The notes beneath the pieces were generated by a model that worked only from the letters and a program-made list of their open reading frames with translations, had not been told where the DNA came from and did not search any database. Shown in pieces: positions 26,487 through 39,110 of a stretch of DNA of 64,000 bases. Source of the stretch: Octopus sinensis (taxonomy: Eukaryota); contig NC_043016.1 of assembly GCF_006345805.1 (NCBI RefSeq), forward strand, positions 15,314,001 through 15,378,000, written 5' to 3'. A program made the position numbers and the translations under genes. The number at the start of each line of letters is the position of its first letter. Within the stretch, counting starts at the first letter, position 1.

Positions 26487-26521
26487 GTTTCTGAAGAGAT
26501 GCTTTGCTCGAAACGTTAAAC
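26487..26521 (+). ncRNA. Ultra-minimal hammerhead motif
   Basis: gttt-CTGAAGA-gatgctttgctc-GAAAC-GTT-aaac; loopless palindromic stem III (AACGTT). Confidence 0.6.
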
Positions 26522-26879
26522 CATCTTTCTTTCCTTCCTTGAGCGTCTTTACAAAGTACTTTACATGTACTTTGTTCTCATGTTGTTGCTTTTATATATA
26601 TATATATATATATAATAATTAATATAAACAGCAGGATGCAATGTTTTACCAAAAAGGAGAATTATAATTGTCACCAAATGCGACTAGGGTGTTAAGAAAC
26701 ATCTACATTGCTAGAAATAAGAGCTAAAATGTTTTAATGCTGTAGTTATTGCACATGAATGAAAACATACGCTAACAGGGACCTGAATCGTCCGATAGTT
26801 ATAGATATATAATATATCAAAAAATCAAAATCAAAATCCAACCAAATCAAATCAGATATCAGAAAGCAGAACCAAAATC

Positions 26880-27345
26880 GAAGTCGATCAACATCAATGG
26901 AAATTGCAGCTGTGATACTAGTGCCGGTGACAAGTAAGCGAACCATCCGATCGTGGCTGTTGCCAGCGCCGCCCCGACTGGCCTCCGTGCCGGTTGTAAA
27001 AAGCACCATCCGTTCGTGGCTGTTGCCAGTCTCGCCTGGCCCCCGTGCCGGTGGCACGTAGCACCATCCGTTCGTGGCCGTTGCCAGCCTCGCCTGGCCC
27101 CCGTGCCGGTGGCACGTAAAAAGCACCATCTGTCCGTGGCCGTTTGCCAGCTCCGTCTGGCACCTGTGCTGGTGGCACGTAAAAAGCACCCACTACACTC
27201 TTGGAGTTGTTGGCGTTAGGAAGGGCATCCAGCCGTAGAAACACTGCCAGATCAGACTGGGCCTGATGCAGCCTTCTGGCTTCACAGACCCCAGTTGAAC
27301 CGTCCAACCCATGCTAGCATGGAAAGCGGACGCTAAATGATGATA
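26880..27345 (+). mobile_element. Family C (RTE 3' UTR) with several tandem ~50-bp subunits
   Basis: Repeated gccggtggcacgtaaaaagcaccatccg units ending in a (GAT)n tail. Confidence 0.85.
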
Positions 27346-27554
27346 ATATATATATATATATATATAATATATATATATATATTATATATATATATTAATA
27401 CAAAATGAGAAAATGGAGAAATATATCTAAATCAATCATCAACTATCAGATAATACCGAATCAATACTTTATTAAACCACTCACTACACAATAGCAATGA
27501 TATTATATTGTACAAATATAACAAGACATATCTTATTTTATATATATATATATA

Positions 27555-28746
27555 TAGGAGTTGAACAAAATAATGGAAACACCTAGCATCATAGCATCAT
27601 AATTTTGAAATATCTATAAAACCGTCAAAAGCTTCTTTATTTTTATGCTTTTTGATTTATTATTTGTGTTACTTAATATGTTTTGCTAAATTTGCTGTTT
27701 CTTTTCAGGTATCATCAGAAAAGAGGTAATTAAAATTTATTAAAACGACAGATCTATCGGATTTTCAGAGGTGAAATTGTTGGTGCTGGTATGGCAGGGC
27801 GTTAGCGTAACGAAAACAGCCGAAATGTTTGGTGTATGAAGAAGTTCTGTCTCGAAAGTAATGATAGCCTTTAAGAGGGGGGAAACCTCCTCGTCGAAAC
27901 AAAACTTTCAGATAGGGACCATCAGACTCTTATACGAATTATAAGAAAGGATCACAAAAGTACAGCTCCCAGAATTACTGCACAGCTTAATGATCTCCTT
28001 AAGAACCAAATTTCCACAAAAACTGTTCGCCGGGAGCTGCACAAAGGCGGATTTCACAGAAAACCACTACTTTCAAAAACAAATGTTGCAAAGCGTTTAG
28101 AATGGAGTAAAAACCTACAGAATTGGTCCCTAGAGCAGTGGAAGAATGCTATTTTCTCGGACGAGTCATCCTTTACCCTATTTCCGTCCACCGGTCGAGT
28201 ATACGTGGAGACTTTGATCCAGACTACCTTCTTCCAACTGTTAAACATGGAGGAATATCCGAGATGATCTGGGGGAGGGGGGGCTATATTTTGGAAATCC
28301 GCCGGCCCAATGGTTTCCCTTCATGGCAGAATTAATAGTCAAGACCATTTAAGCATTTTAACTGATCAAATTCATTCTATGGTTGCGGAACTGTTTCTGA
28401 AGGGAAACACAATCTTTCAGGATGATAATGCACCAATTCACACAGCTAAAGTTGTTACTGAATGGCACGAGGAACATTCTAGTGAAGTTGAACATCTTAT
28501 CTGGCTACCACAGTCCTCGGATATCAATATTATTGAACATTTATGGTGTTTTTTAGAAAATGAGTAAGGAGTCGATATCCTCCACTATCATCACTACAAG
28601 AACCGGAGACTGTTTTAGATGGAGAATGGAAACAATTTAAACTTTGTAGAATTCAAGTTGTAATTACTACCAAAGGCGGTCCTACCCCATATGAAAATAA
28701 ATTTGTTTGAAATTTAAAGGTGTTTCCATTATTCTGTCCAACCCTG
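27555..28746 (+). mobile_element. Tc1-like transposon, full length but decayed
   Basis: TIRs (t/c)aggrgttgracaraataatggaaacacct within TA runs; FSDES, FQDDNAPIH and WLPQSSDINIIEHLW DDE motifs with frameshifts. Confidence 0.92.
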
Positions 28747-28759
28747 TATATATACATAC

Positions 28760-28804
<45 letters not shown>

Positions 28805-29692
28805 ATATATATACATATATACATACATATGTATATATATATACATACATATGTATATATATATACACACACACTTGTGCGTGTGTGTGTGCTTGTTCCA
28901 CATTATCTGATAGCCAGTGTTGGTGTTTTTTTTTCGTCCCCAGCAAAAGGGTCCAATAGTATAAGTAGCAGATTTAAAAAAACAAAATAAAACAAAACGA
29001 CATAAGTACTTGGGGCGATTTATTCGACTAAAAATACCTCTAGGCTGTGCGATAGCATGGCCGTAGTCTAATAAAAGATACCTAAGATATTGCGTGTGTG
29101 TGTGTCTATATATATATATATTATATACATGCATGTTTGTGAGTAAAAATATTTATCATTTTCCAGTCCATTCATGATAATTTTACCGTCCCTATTGCTA
29201 ATAAAAGCGGAGGTAAAGGGTTTCGTCGAAAACCGGGTGGTGTGCGTATTCTTTACCTTCGCTCTGATATGGGTAAACTAGTATAAATATACTGATATGA
29301 AAAAAAAAAAAAAAATAGCGTAGAGAAAAAGAAAAAATCAGTACTTTGACAAAAGAATCTGTCAACCGCAATAGTGAAATGATAGTAAAAACTATTTGAC
29401 AAGACGCGAAAATGAACTCTTAAACTCGAGAATCGCATAGTTTTATGAAATAAAAAAAATTAAAAATCACTTTATTATGAATGCTAACTTTATTTCTGTA
29501 CAAAATAAAAAAAATTAGAAGCTTATTCATTAAGGAACACTTTTTTAATTGAAGTCTTCGATACCAAACTGTGGCTGTATATACATTGACATACACGGAT
29601 ATAAAAAAAAAGTGAACCTCGCTTTTCATTCATTAATTTATCTTTCTATTAGCAATTAATATCCGAGTGCGCTTCGTCACCTAAATCAGAAA

Positions 29693-29739
29693 ATGTCCGA
29701 TTCTGGTAGAAAACGCTTGAAAATCCACGTTGTTTACTG
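29693..29739 (+). CDS. SELENOW: Selenoprotein W-like gene, coding exon 1 (MSDSGRKRLKIHVVY + TG)
   Basis: aaaATG start context in CpG-richer unique DNA; phase-2 donor TG|gtaaga at 29740; VVYC matches the SelW N-terminus. Confidence 0.9.
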
Positions 29740-30611
29740 GTAAGATTTTCTTTTTCCATTTACATAATTTTTCAATAATAACCAATTTTAATATTATTTA
29801 TAAAATATATTTTAGTCACGAAAGTTTTCTTTTCAACCGAGGAACTTGTGAGTTCGGAAAAGAAATTCGTATTTGAAGTCGAGAAATATTACAATGAAGT
29901 GTCTAGAAATTCCAAAGGGCCTATCTGTCTAAATATATTTACTTAAGACAACTTTAGTTGACAACTAACGATTCTTAATGTCTGCCGACAAATCCGGTCT
30001 CTACTTGAAGTCTACGTTGTTTGCACCGAGGTGAGAATTCATTCTCCTGTAACGAATAATCTGGTCTTTCTCCCTTCAATGATTATCCTTATTTAGTCTC
30101 TGGTCCGCAAACCTACGAACAAAGACATTAAAGATTTTTCCATCGCGACCGGCCGGCTTCTTTTCCTTTCTCTTTCGGTTTTTTTTTTTTTACTTTACTA
30201 GCAAAAGTCATAGAGTACCACCACATTATGTAATCAGTACTTTTTTTATTAAAGCAACCATGGTGTTATTTCCAGGAGATTATTTGAAGATCGACTAAAC
30301 GCGTAAGGTAGCCGTTCCCAACGCACAGTTCCCGATAATATTTTAAAAATGAAGACAGTGTTTTACTTTTGTAAAGAATCTTGCGAACCAAATCCCAAAA
30401 CGAATATTCAAGAATGTTGTTATATAAGAAAGTCAAGTCGAAAGCACATTGTTTTGTGTAGGGGAGGTAATCGAGGTTAAACTTAGACTTGGGACAAGAA
30501 CATCAAGAATTTCTCTTTGGAGTTTTATATAATTTGTCAGACAGGAAAGATTAGTAAATAGTTTATAAACGCAATTTATAGTTTAGTAGATGTTAGTTAT
30601 TCCGGATACTA

Positions 30612-30743
30612 TAAGATTGTCCCAAACGTTCGTAGAAAGTCTTGGAAAATAATGGTCTTTATTTTGAGGAATAATTTTTGTTAGTACTTGGCGAGTAAAA
30701 ATTCAATTTTCGCAAGTGTTTACGAACTTTTGGGACAACCTAA
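30612..30743. mobile_element. Mariner-type MITE
   Basis: TIRs taagattgtcccaaacgttcgta / tacgaacttttgggacaacctaa flanked by TA. Confidence 0.7.
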
Positions 30744-32159
30744 TATTTAAGAAGAGTGGTCCCGGTGCGCGCACTCGGCTAGCTAGTCGTGACTTGTCGA
30801 TCCTTTGTTTAAAAAAAAATTATTTACTTTGTGTTTTTGTGTTTTATTGCATCTTTTCCTTTTGATAGCCAGATTTCAACACAATTTCTAGTTAACTAAA
30901 CACTTTAAAACTTCGTATACTGGTAGAATGTGTCAAAAGAAAACATTATTTTCACTTGGGTTTTTTGATAATATGTAATTCGTTTGTTTAACGTAGTTTA
31001 ATTTTTCGAATTTTAGCCAATTCTATGCTCTCTTTTGAGCTGAAATCATTTACTGCGTCTAAAAAATGAGACAACATCGTTTTGTTCGTAATGTAGCGTT
31101 CGTGAGTTCGATATCAGGCCAACCTACCGGCCCCACGGTGGGATTTTTTAAAATTTACGATTATTAGTAAATTCACGTTTATTTATCAATATTGATAACG
31201 AATTACTGCCGTTGTTTAGACCGGCCCCATTACGTAACTGGTACTTAATTTATCTCTAACCCTAACCCCTAAACCTAACCAAAGCTAGCGACCGATGCCG
31301 GAAGGCTGTCACGAGATAGGGTTAGGGATAAATTAAGTACCAGTTACGCACGCACGCACTGGTGTCGATAGAATCGACTTAATTACTTTTGTCTCTCATA
31401 CTTTGTCCCCTCTGTGTTTTGCCCCTTGTCGGAACAAATTTACACAAAAATTTACACGTAAACCAGAAATTTACACATAAACCAGAAATGGGGGATCAAT
31501 GTTTCATCGTTTCGGGGTCGAATAATTAAGTACCAATTACGCACTGGTGTCGAGGATTTTTTCCCCAATTTATATCACAGCCTCCGACAAGCTGGGGCAT
31601 CCTTTTATGAAAAAATATTTCGCAAATTTTTACAATACGACCCACACTCCACGCACCCTCATATCCCAGTCTAGACCGATTTAGGCATATTATTGTTTTG
31701 TTTTTGTTGTTTTTGGCCCTTCAAAACCATGGGAGAAGCCTTTTTGGTAAAAAAAAAAATAAAGAAAATATTCAAAAAATATCGTTAATATTTTTATTGG
31801 GCGACGAAATTCATTGATTTAAGATATATGGCTGTTGTTTCCAGCACATGCCAACACAACCCTCCTCGTTCGTTTATCAATATCGATAACGAATTGCTGC
31901 CGTTGTTTAGATTGAAAACAAATCTGTCTTCGATCTGTCTCTCACACACACTCCAGCCTTCATAAACATATTTTGTGAAGTAAAAGATACATTTTCCTGA
32001 TAGATGCATATTTACAGATTCTTATGGACGTGCAATTGGGTCTTGCTCCTGACCAAAAAGGTACTCTTCCACTCTGTTAGTTACTTATTATAATTCCATT
32101 CATATCCAGGATACATTATGACAGTTTATCGAAGGAGTGGTGGTGACACTATGCTGTAA

Positions 32160-32860
32160 GGATTGGAAATAGGACAAGTGCACACACGACAGAGTGTAAG
32201 CGCCCTGAGAGAAATGTTGGACATAAGAAGCGTTGGATGTGGCATGCAAGAGGAACGTTTGTGTTGGTATGGTCATGTATTATGGATGGATGAGGAGAGC
32301 TGTGTGAAGAAGTGCCACTCCCAAACAGTGGAAGGAATCCAGGGTAGAGGTAGACATGGGATGAGGTGGTGAAGTATGACCTTTGAATGTTGGAACTCGC
32401 AGAGGCAATGACAAAAGACCGAGACCTGGAGGTATGCTGTAACTGAGAGGACCCGGCAAATAAAGTGAGTTCACATCTGTAACCTACACCAGTGTTGCAT
32501 AACCAGCCCACTCAAAACTTGCTTGGATTGTAGAGTGACATGCAGTGCTTGTGGAGACCTATTGAGTCAAGTACATTAACATCAAATGGAAATTGCAGTT
32601 GAAATCCATGTGTCAGTGGCACGTAAAAAGCACTATCCGAACATGGCCAATGCCAATGCTGCCTTGACTAGCTTCCATGCCAGTGGCACGTAAAAAGCAC
32701 CCACAACACTCTCGGAATGGTTGGTGTTAGGAAGGGCATCCAGCTGTAGAAACACTGCCAGATCAGACTGGAGCCTGGTGCAGCATGCTGCTTCCCAGAC
32801 TCCAGTTGAACCATTCAACCCATGCCAGCATTGAAAATGGACGTTAAACGATGATGATGA
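32160..32860 (+). mobile_element. RTE LINE 3' fragment plus family C UTR
   Basis: RQSVSALREMLDIRSVGCGMQEERLCWYGHVLWMDEESCVKKC. Confidence 0.8.
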
Positions 32861-33391
32861 TTTGAAACATTTAAAACTTGTCCAATGCCCTGGCAAAGAA
32901 AGTGGAGTTACGTTGCAGAAAATTCTACTTTGTTTTCTTAAGAAAGAGGATGAGGACAAAATATTTGCCCAATATTCTAGTGTAAGTGTCTCTGAGAATC
33001 ACTACATTACAGCAAAAGCAGGGGACCTTTCCAGTGAATTGAAATTGCTTAACAAGCTGTTGAATGCAACCATACTGGTGTGTCTGTTTGTCCTGTCATT
33101 GCTTGACAACCAGTGTGTGTTTTTGTTATCCCCATAACTTAGCAGTTCAGCAAAAGAGACCAATAAAATAAGTACTGGGCTTACAAAGAATAAGTCCTGG
33201 GATCCATTTGTTTGGCTGAAGGTGGTGCTCCAGCATGACCGCAGTCAAATGACTGAAACAAGCATCATTTATTGGCCGTTGTCCATGCTGGCATGGGTTT
33301 GACGGTTTGACTAGCGGTGGCAAGCTGGGGAGCTGCACCGTCTGATTTGACTTGGTTTCTACAACTGGGTGCCCTTCACACACACACAGAT

Positions 33392-34943
33392 ATCATCATC
33401 ATCATCATTTAGCGTCCGTTCTCCATGCTAGCATGGGTTGGACGGTTCTACTGGGGTCTGTGAAGCCAGAAGGCTTCATCAGGCCCAGTCAAATCTGGCA
33501 GTGTTTCTATGGCTGGATGCCCTTCCTAACGCCAACCACTCCGTGAGTGTAGTGGGTGCTTTTTACGTGCCACCCGCACTGGAGCCAGACAGAGCTGGCA
33601 AACGGCCACGAACGGATGGTGCTTTTTATGTGCCACCGGCACGAGGGCCAGGCGGGGCTGGCAACGGATACGAAACAGGGCGGTGCTGGCAACGGTCGCG
33701 AAACGGAAAGTTCTCTTACATGCCACCGGCACTGGTAATACATCTGCAATTTCCATTGATCAATTTCCATTGATCGATTTCGATTCTGATCCTCACTTGC
33801 CTCAATGGGTCTTCACAAGCAGAGTTTCGACATGCCACCGGCACTGGTAGCACATCAGCAATTTCCATTGATCGATTTCGATTCTGATCCTCACTTGCCT
33901 CAACACGTCTTCACAAGTAGAGTTTTGTGTCCCAAGAAGGGAAGGTATGCATACGTAGGCTGGCTTCATCCCATGTAGAAGGCCATGGGTTGTGGACTCA
34001 CTTGTCCTGCCGGGTCTTCTCGCGCACAGCACACTTCCAGAGGTCTCGGTCTCTAGTCATTTCCTCAGTGAGACCTAAAGTTCGAAGGTCGTGCTTCACC
34101 ACCTCGTCCCAGGTTTTCCTGGGTCTGCCTCTTCCACAGGTCCCTCAACCGCTAGGGTGTGGCACTTTTTCACACAACTATCTTCATCCATTCTCGCCAC
34201 ATGACCATACCAGCGCAAACGTCTCTCTTGCACACCACAACTGATGCTTCTTAGGTCCAGCTTTTCTCTCAAGGTACTTACACTCTGCCGAGTGTGAGTA
34301 CCGGCATTACACATCCATCGGAGCATACTGGCTCATTTCTAGCGAGCTTACGCATATCCTCAGCAGTCACGGCCCATGTTTCACTGCCATGTAGCATGGC
34401 TGTTCGTACACACGCATCATACAGTCTGCCTTTCACTCTGTGCGTGAGGCCTTTTGTCACCAGCAGAGGTAAGAGCTCTCTGAACTTTGCCCAAGCTATT
34501 CTTACTCTAGCAGTTACACTTTCAGCACACCCGCCCCCGCTGCTGACTTGGTCACCTAGGTAACGGAAACTATCAACTATTTCTAGTTTTTCTCCCTGGA
34601 AAGTGACGGAAGTTGGTCTCAGAGCATTTTCAGTGTTTATTGTTCCTGAGCATCTGCCACATACAAAAACCATCTTCCTAGTTAGCCTTCCTTTGACATG
34701 CTGCATCTCTTATGTGTCCATAGCTTACACTTGGTGCATCTTATAGAGTTTCTACCTACACCTTTTCTACAGATCGAGCAGGGCCATCTACCTGAAGGTG
34801 TTTGTGATTTGTCTACCTTCCTACTGATTACGACTTTGGTTTTAGCTAGATTGACTCTGAGGCCCTTCGATTCTAATCCTTGTTTCCACACCTGAAACTT
34901 CTCCTCCAGTTCTGATAGCGACTCAGCAATTAGAGCAAGGTCA
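33392..34943 (-). mobile_element. Young 5'-truncated RTE LINE (RT C-half, Cys-rich insert, 3' UTR, (GAT)n tail)
   Basis: DLALIAESLSELEEKFQVWKQGLESKGLRVNLAKTK, WPCSICRKGVGRNSIRC, FRYLG, AWAKFRELLPLL and RLRWYGHV, contiguous with the family C UTR. Confidence 0.92.
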
Positions 34944-37135
34944 TATATATATATATACCACTCACATATATGATGGGCTTCTATCAGTTTCCATCTATCA
35001 AATCTACTCAAGGCTTTGGTCGACCCGAGGTTATAGTAGGAGACACTTACCCAAGGTGCCACGCAGAGGTACTGAACTCGGAACCATGTCGTTGGGAAGC
35101 AAGCTTCTTACCACACAGCCACATATACATGCATACATGTAGATCATTTGATGTACACAATATAGAAGATACAAGCTGCTAATGATTTCTTGTTTTGAAG
35201 ACGTCTTTCTAGACAGGGCTTTATAACATGTCTTGTGCCTCCAAGAAAACTTCAGGCTCTGAGCACATAGTCTATTCAATTTGGTATGTGTTCAGAGCCT
35301 GAAGGCATGTTATAAAAACCTGTCCAAACCCACATCTCCAAAGCAAGGAACTCCTCTTTAAACTGTATACATTAAATGATATTTATCTTTCATTAGATGG
35401 GGTACCTTTTTTTTTGTTGATCTTTCCTCAACACAACATGTATAGGTATAATATATATATATATATAGATGTATGTGTGTGTTTGTTTCCTTATTGCATG
35501 GTAGTTGCAAATTAGTATTCTTGTCATCACAAGCAGTGTTGTTTGTTTCCAATATTCTGTGGAAACATATCTGGCCATTGCGGAAATATTACCTTGCTTT
35601 TAAACAGGTGAGACGTGGGACAGGAAGGACATCCAACTGTAGAATAACTGTTCTATAAATTCCATTTGACTTGTGCAAGTATATAAAAAGTAGACACCAA
35701 AGTCATTTCAGAGCGCCCTCTATTGGGCTGATGGATGCATTTTGAACTTGTTTGTTCTCTCAGCACTAGATACTAAGAGAGGTAACTCTGTACTGATTAG
35801 GAAGCGATGTTTCTCTTATTGTAAATCTATAAATAATATTTACTAATCGAACATATTGGTTGCCAGGCCAGAATAAATATGCTTTTTACTCAACTGCCAT
35901 TACCTCTATTTACTAGCTCAGTTTTCTCTCATTGACATAACCTCTAATTTTTCTCACACCCTTCATTGACATACTTCTTTGTTCATGTGTGTCACTATTT
36001 CACATCAAGTAGAGCATGTATGTCTCCTTTCTCTCTGGCCTTTACATATGAATATATTCAAGCATTAAGTCAAGTTTTCCCATTCCAACGGAAATCTTTC
36101 AGGTGTGAAATTTTGGGATGGTAATTCAATGGTAATAGTGAAAAGACGAGAAAGTAGACTCCAAGATTGTATCACTTGTACCAATTTTCATTATCCAGAA
36201 CTTCAAGCAAGATTTTTAATTTGAGCAAATGCTTGTTCATCGAACAAATACTGCCTCTTGCTTGACCCAAAAGGACTTCTTTTCTAGCAATTTTTTTTCT
36301 AGAGAATAGCACACTTTTTAAGGGCTCCAGCTGCTTGTCTCAAATTGTTAATGAGAGTAATTACATAACGATCGTTCCTCCTATAATTGCAGTGTATGCA
36401 CAACACAATGCATGTTGAGTTGAAAAGGACTCTTAATATTATCTAGAATTTTACTGTTTTCTCTGTCTCTTTTTGTATTCCCTCTCTCTCCCATCATTAT
36501 CATCGTTAACATCTGCTTTCCATGCTGGCATGGGTTGGACGGTTTGACTGAGGACTGGCAAGTCAGGAGGTTGCACCAGGCTACAATAAAATCTGGCAAG
36601 GTTTAGAAATACCATCCTTATTTTCCAATATTTGTCTCGCTTGTCTTCTGACTTATCAGTTGGTATCAAACCATCCTGTCCATGCCAACATGGAATACAG
36701 ACATTAAATGATGATGAGGATTTATTTTCCCCCTCCCCCCATAGGACAATTCCCCTGATAACAACTACCTCATAGGACAGTTCCCCCCCCCCGGTTAATT
36801 ACGCCCTCTCTCATATATTAAGAAGTTTTAAATCATCATCTGTTGTCCATGGGGGGTAAATGTCCTAGACTCGCATTTAAAATGCTATTTCCTACAACAC
36901 ATAGAATCTTTTCATTTCAAAACCTTCTTTCTCCATTAACTGCTGAAAATATGTACTTAGTATAATGTGCTTTAATAAATTGACCAGTAATGGCGAAATA
37001 ATTGGCTGTGTGTTGCATGCATACAACCATTTTAATAATGGTAAAGTTCCTCTTATATTTGATATCCTTAATTACCATTTTTCTTATATGTTTTCTTTTT
37101 AGAGAAACTCCAATTCTAACCATTTCCCAATTTAA

Positions 37136-37356
37136 CCTTTTAGCATTCAGATTACATTCTCAAGCATAATGCTTACTTATTCAAATTGGTTTGAATTAAT
37201 CATGCATTATCTCATAGCTTTGAGATTTTGGTGATGCAATTACATATTTTTAGAATGACATTGTAGGATAAGTGTGAGAGGCCAGATCTGGCCAGTTTGA
37301 ACATAAAACTTGTAGAATATTTGGGCTGGATATGACCAGTTTAAAATACTAAAGGG
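37136..37356. mobile_element. piggyBac-like MITE with TTAA target site
   Basis: TTAA|ccttttagcatt ... aatactaaaggg|TTAA; a second copy at about 39790-40385 is split by a SINE. Confidence 0.65.
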
Positions 37357-38104
37357 TTAAGCTTAAAAAGGCTGGTTGGGGAAATAATAAAGGTGCACAA
37401 TTTTTCTCAAATATATTGCTGAAGAGGTGAATACATGGTTTGCACTCCCTGGAAAGAGATAGATAGATAGATAGATAGAGATGTGAGGTCAAGATACAAA
37501 GTGAATATGTGTGTGTGTGTGTGCATATATGTGTACACATGTTTACCTGTGTGTGTGTATGTATTGTCTTCAGTTGACTTGCCCTGGACACACTATGTAA
37601 CTTGTTTGGATTATTCCATTATCAAGTCTTTTGAAACTCATAATATTTGGAGTCAGTAGTTCTCACAGGAATACTCTGGCCGTTGGGTTTTACATCCTCA
37701 TTTGACCCTTAAAGAAGAAACAATACTAAGAAAATTTACTCGAAATTTTCAGGCTGCAGTCTCTTACTTGAGAACTGAGAGATGCCATTAATTGTTTGAT
37801 CTTAGGTCAATAAGGATTGATTTGAGATTAAACATCAACAACAATAAACTTGAAGCTTCTTCCACTTCAAACCACCAGCATTACCATTACTCATTTTCCT
37901 TAATAGTAGTTGGCTGGTATTGTATTTTATAAGCTCTAGTAACACAAAAATCTAAGTTGGTGGATAAGCAACTAGGATCCAAATACTATGAGTTGTTTGG
38001 TATGAAGTAACAATTTTGCTAATTTACCATCTGTCTGTACATGAGTGCGTGTGTGTGTGTATCAGAATGGAAGATTGGAAAATTCTTTGTTTTTATTTAT
38101 TCAT

Positions 38105-38173
38105 CATTACATGTGTTTCATTTGCTAATAGGAGAAACATGTAAGATATCTCCTATTAGAAATTCTTCAGAAA
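38105..38173 (-). ncRNA. Type-I hammerhead motif (stem I eroded)
   Basis: Minus strand: CTGAAGA-atttctaataggaga...tctcctattagcaaat-GAAAC-acat-GTA; a related copy with a broken core lies at about 16135-16225. Confidence 0.55.
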
Positions 38174-38218
38174 AGGAATCAAATAATACAGTTTGGATTT
38201 TAATCCTATCTACATTAT

Positions 38219-38278
<60 letters not shown>

Positions 38279-38284
<6 letters not shown>

Positions 38285-39110
38285 GTACCAGGTTAAATGG
38301 GACCATTTAAATATCTTTAATATAACTGGTATAACTTGGGAAAATCAAACACTGCAAATTTAATGTTTCTGCCAATTTATTGTGGAGTGTTTAGCACTTA
38401 TTTCAGTTCAGTGTGACTGCCGTTTGATCTCTTTACCAGTTCAATCCGTTTAAGAAATAATGCGCTTGCTTTAACAATTTCTTTCTTTTTCATTTTAATG
38501 AATGCTTGCTTGATTGAAACCTTCAGTGAAGACCCACAGTTGTGAGAAGTTGTGTTGGATATTGCTTCAGCTGCACCTCATAGCCAAAACTTACACAGAT
38601 TAAAATCTTGTGAGTTAGAGGGTTAGATATCTTTAGGGACAAACTTGAACAATTTCTTCTTCAAAAATTCTTGCACTCTTTTTGAAGAATGGACGAGCCC
38701 AGAGTCCTGTACAAATATGATTTGGCTTGGATCATAATGCTTCCTAATCCAAGGCAACAAAACTTCTAAGATTTTGAGATAATCTGCTGTGTTGATTTTA
38801 AGAACCGCTTCAATAAAATGAGGAGGCATCAATTTCCCATCAATTGCAACAATTCCAAAGACCATAATGGAAGCCGGATTCTTGCTATGCAGAGCTGAAG
38901 GAACTTGGGAAGGGTCGTACGCTATCACTTAGGAGTTTTGACAGTTTGCAACTTCGTCTACCATGAACTTCTTTTCATCCATAGAAGATGCGGACGTCTC
39001 TGTCATGATGTTTCAGATGACTAATAAGTTCTAATGCTTTGGCTACTTATCCAACAGGTTTTTTGGTCTCGTGAAACCCTTTTAAGAATCCACTCAACAT
39101 CTGTAATTAC
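38279..39110 (-). mobile_element. Tc1/mariner (maT/DD37D-like) transposase relic
   Basis: MVFGIVAIDGKLMPPHFIEAVLKINTADYLKILEVLLPWI...FVQDSGLVHSSKRVQEFL. Confidence 0.75.

Noticed and set aside
26920-27200. CRISPR-like array of GTGGCACGTAAAAAGCACC repeats
   Set aside because: The spacers resemble each other, the context is eukaryotic, there are no cas genes, and it is the RTE 3' UTR subunit array.
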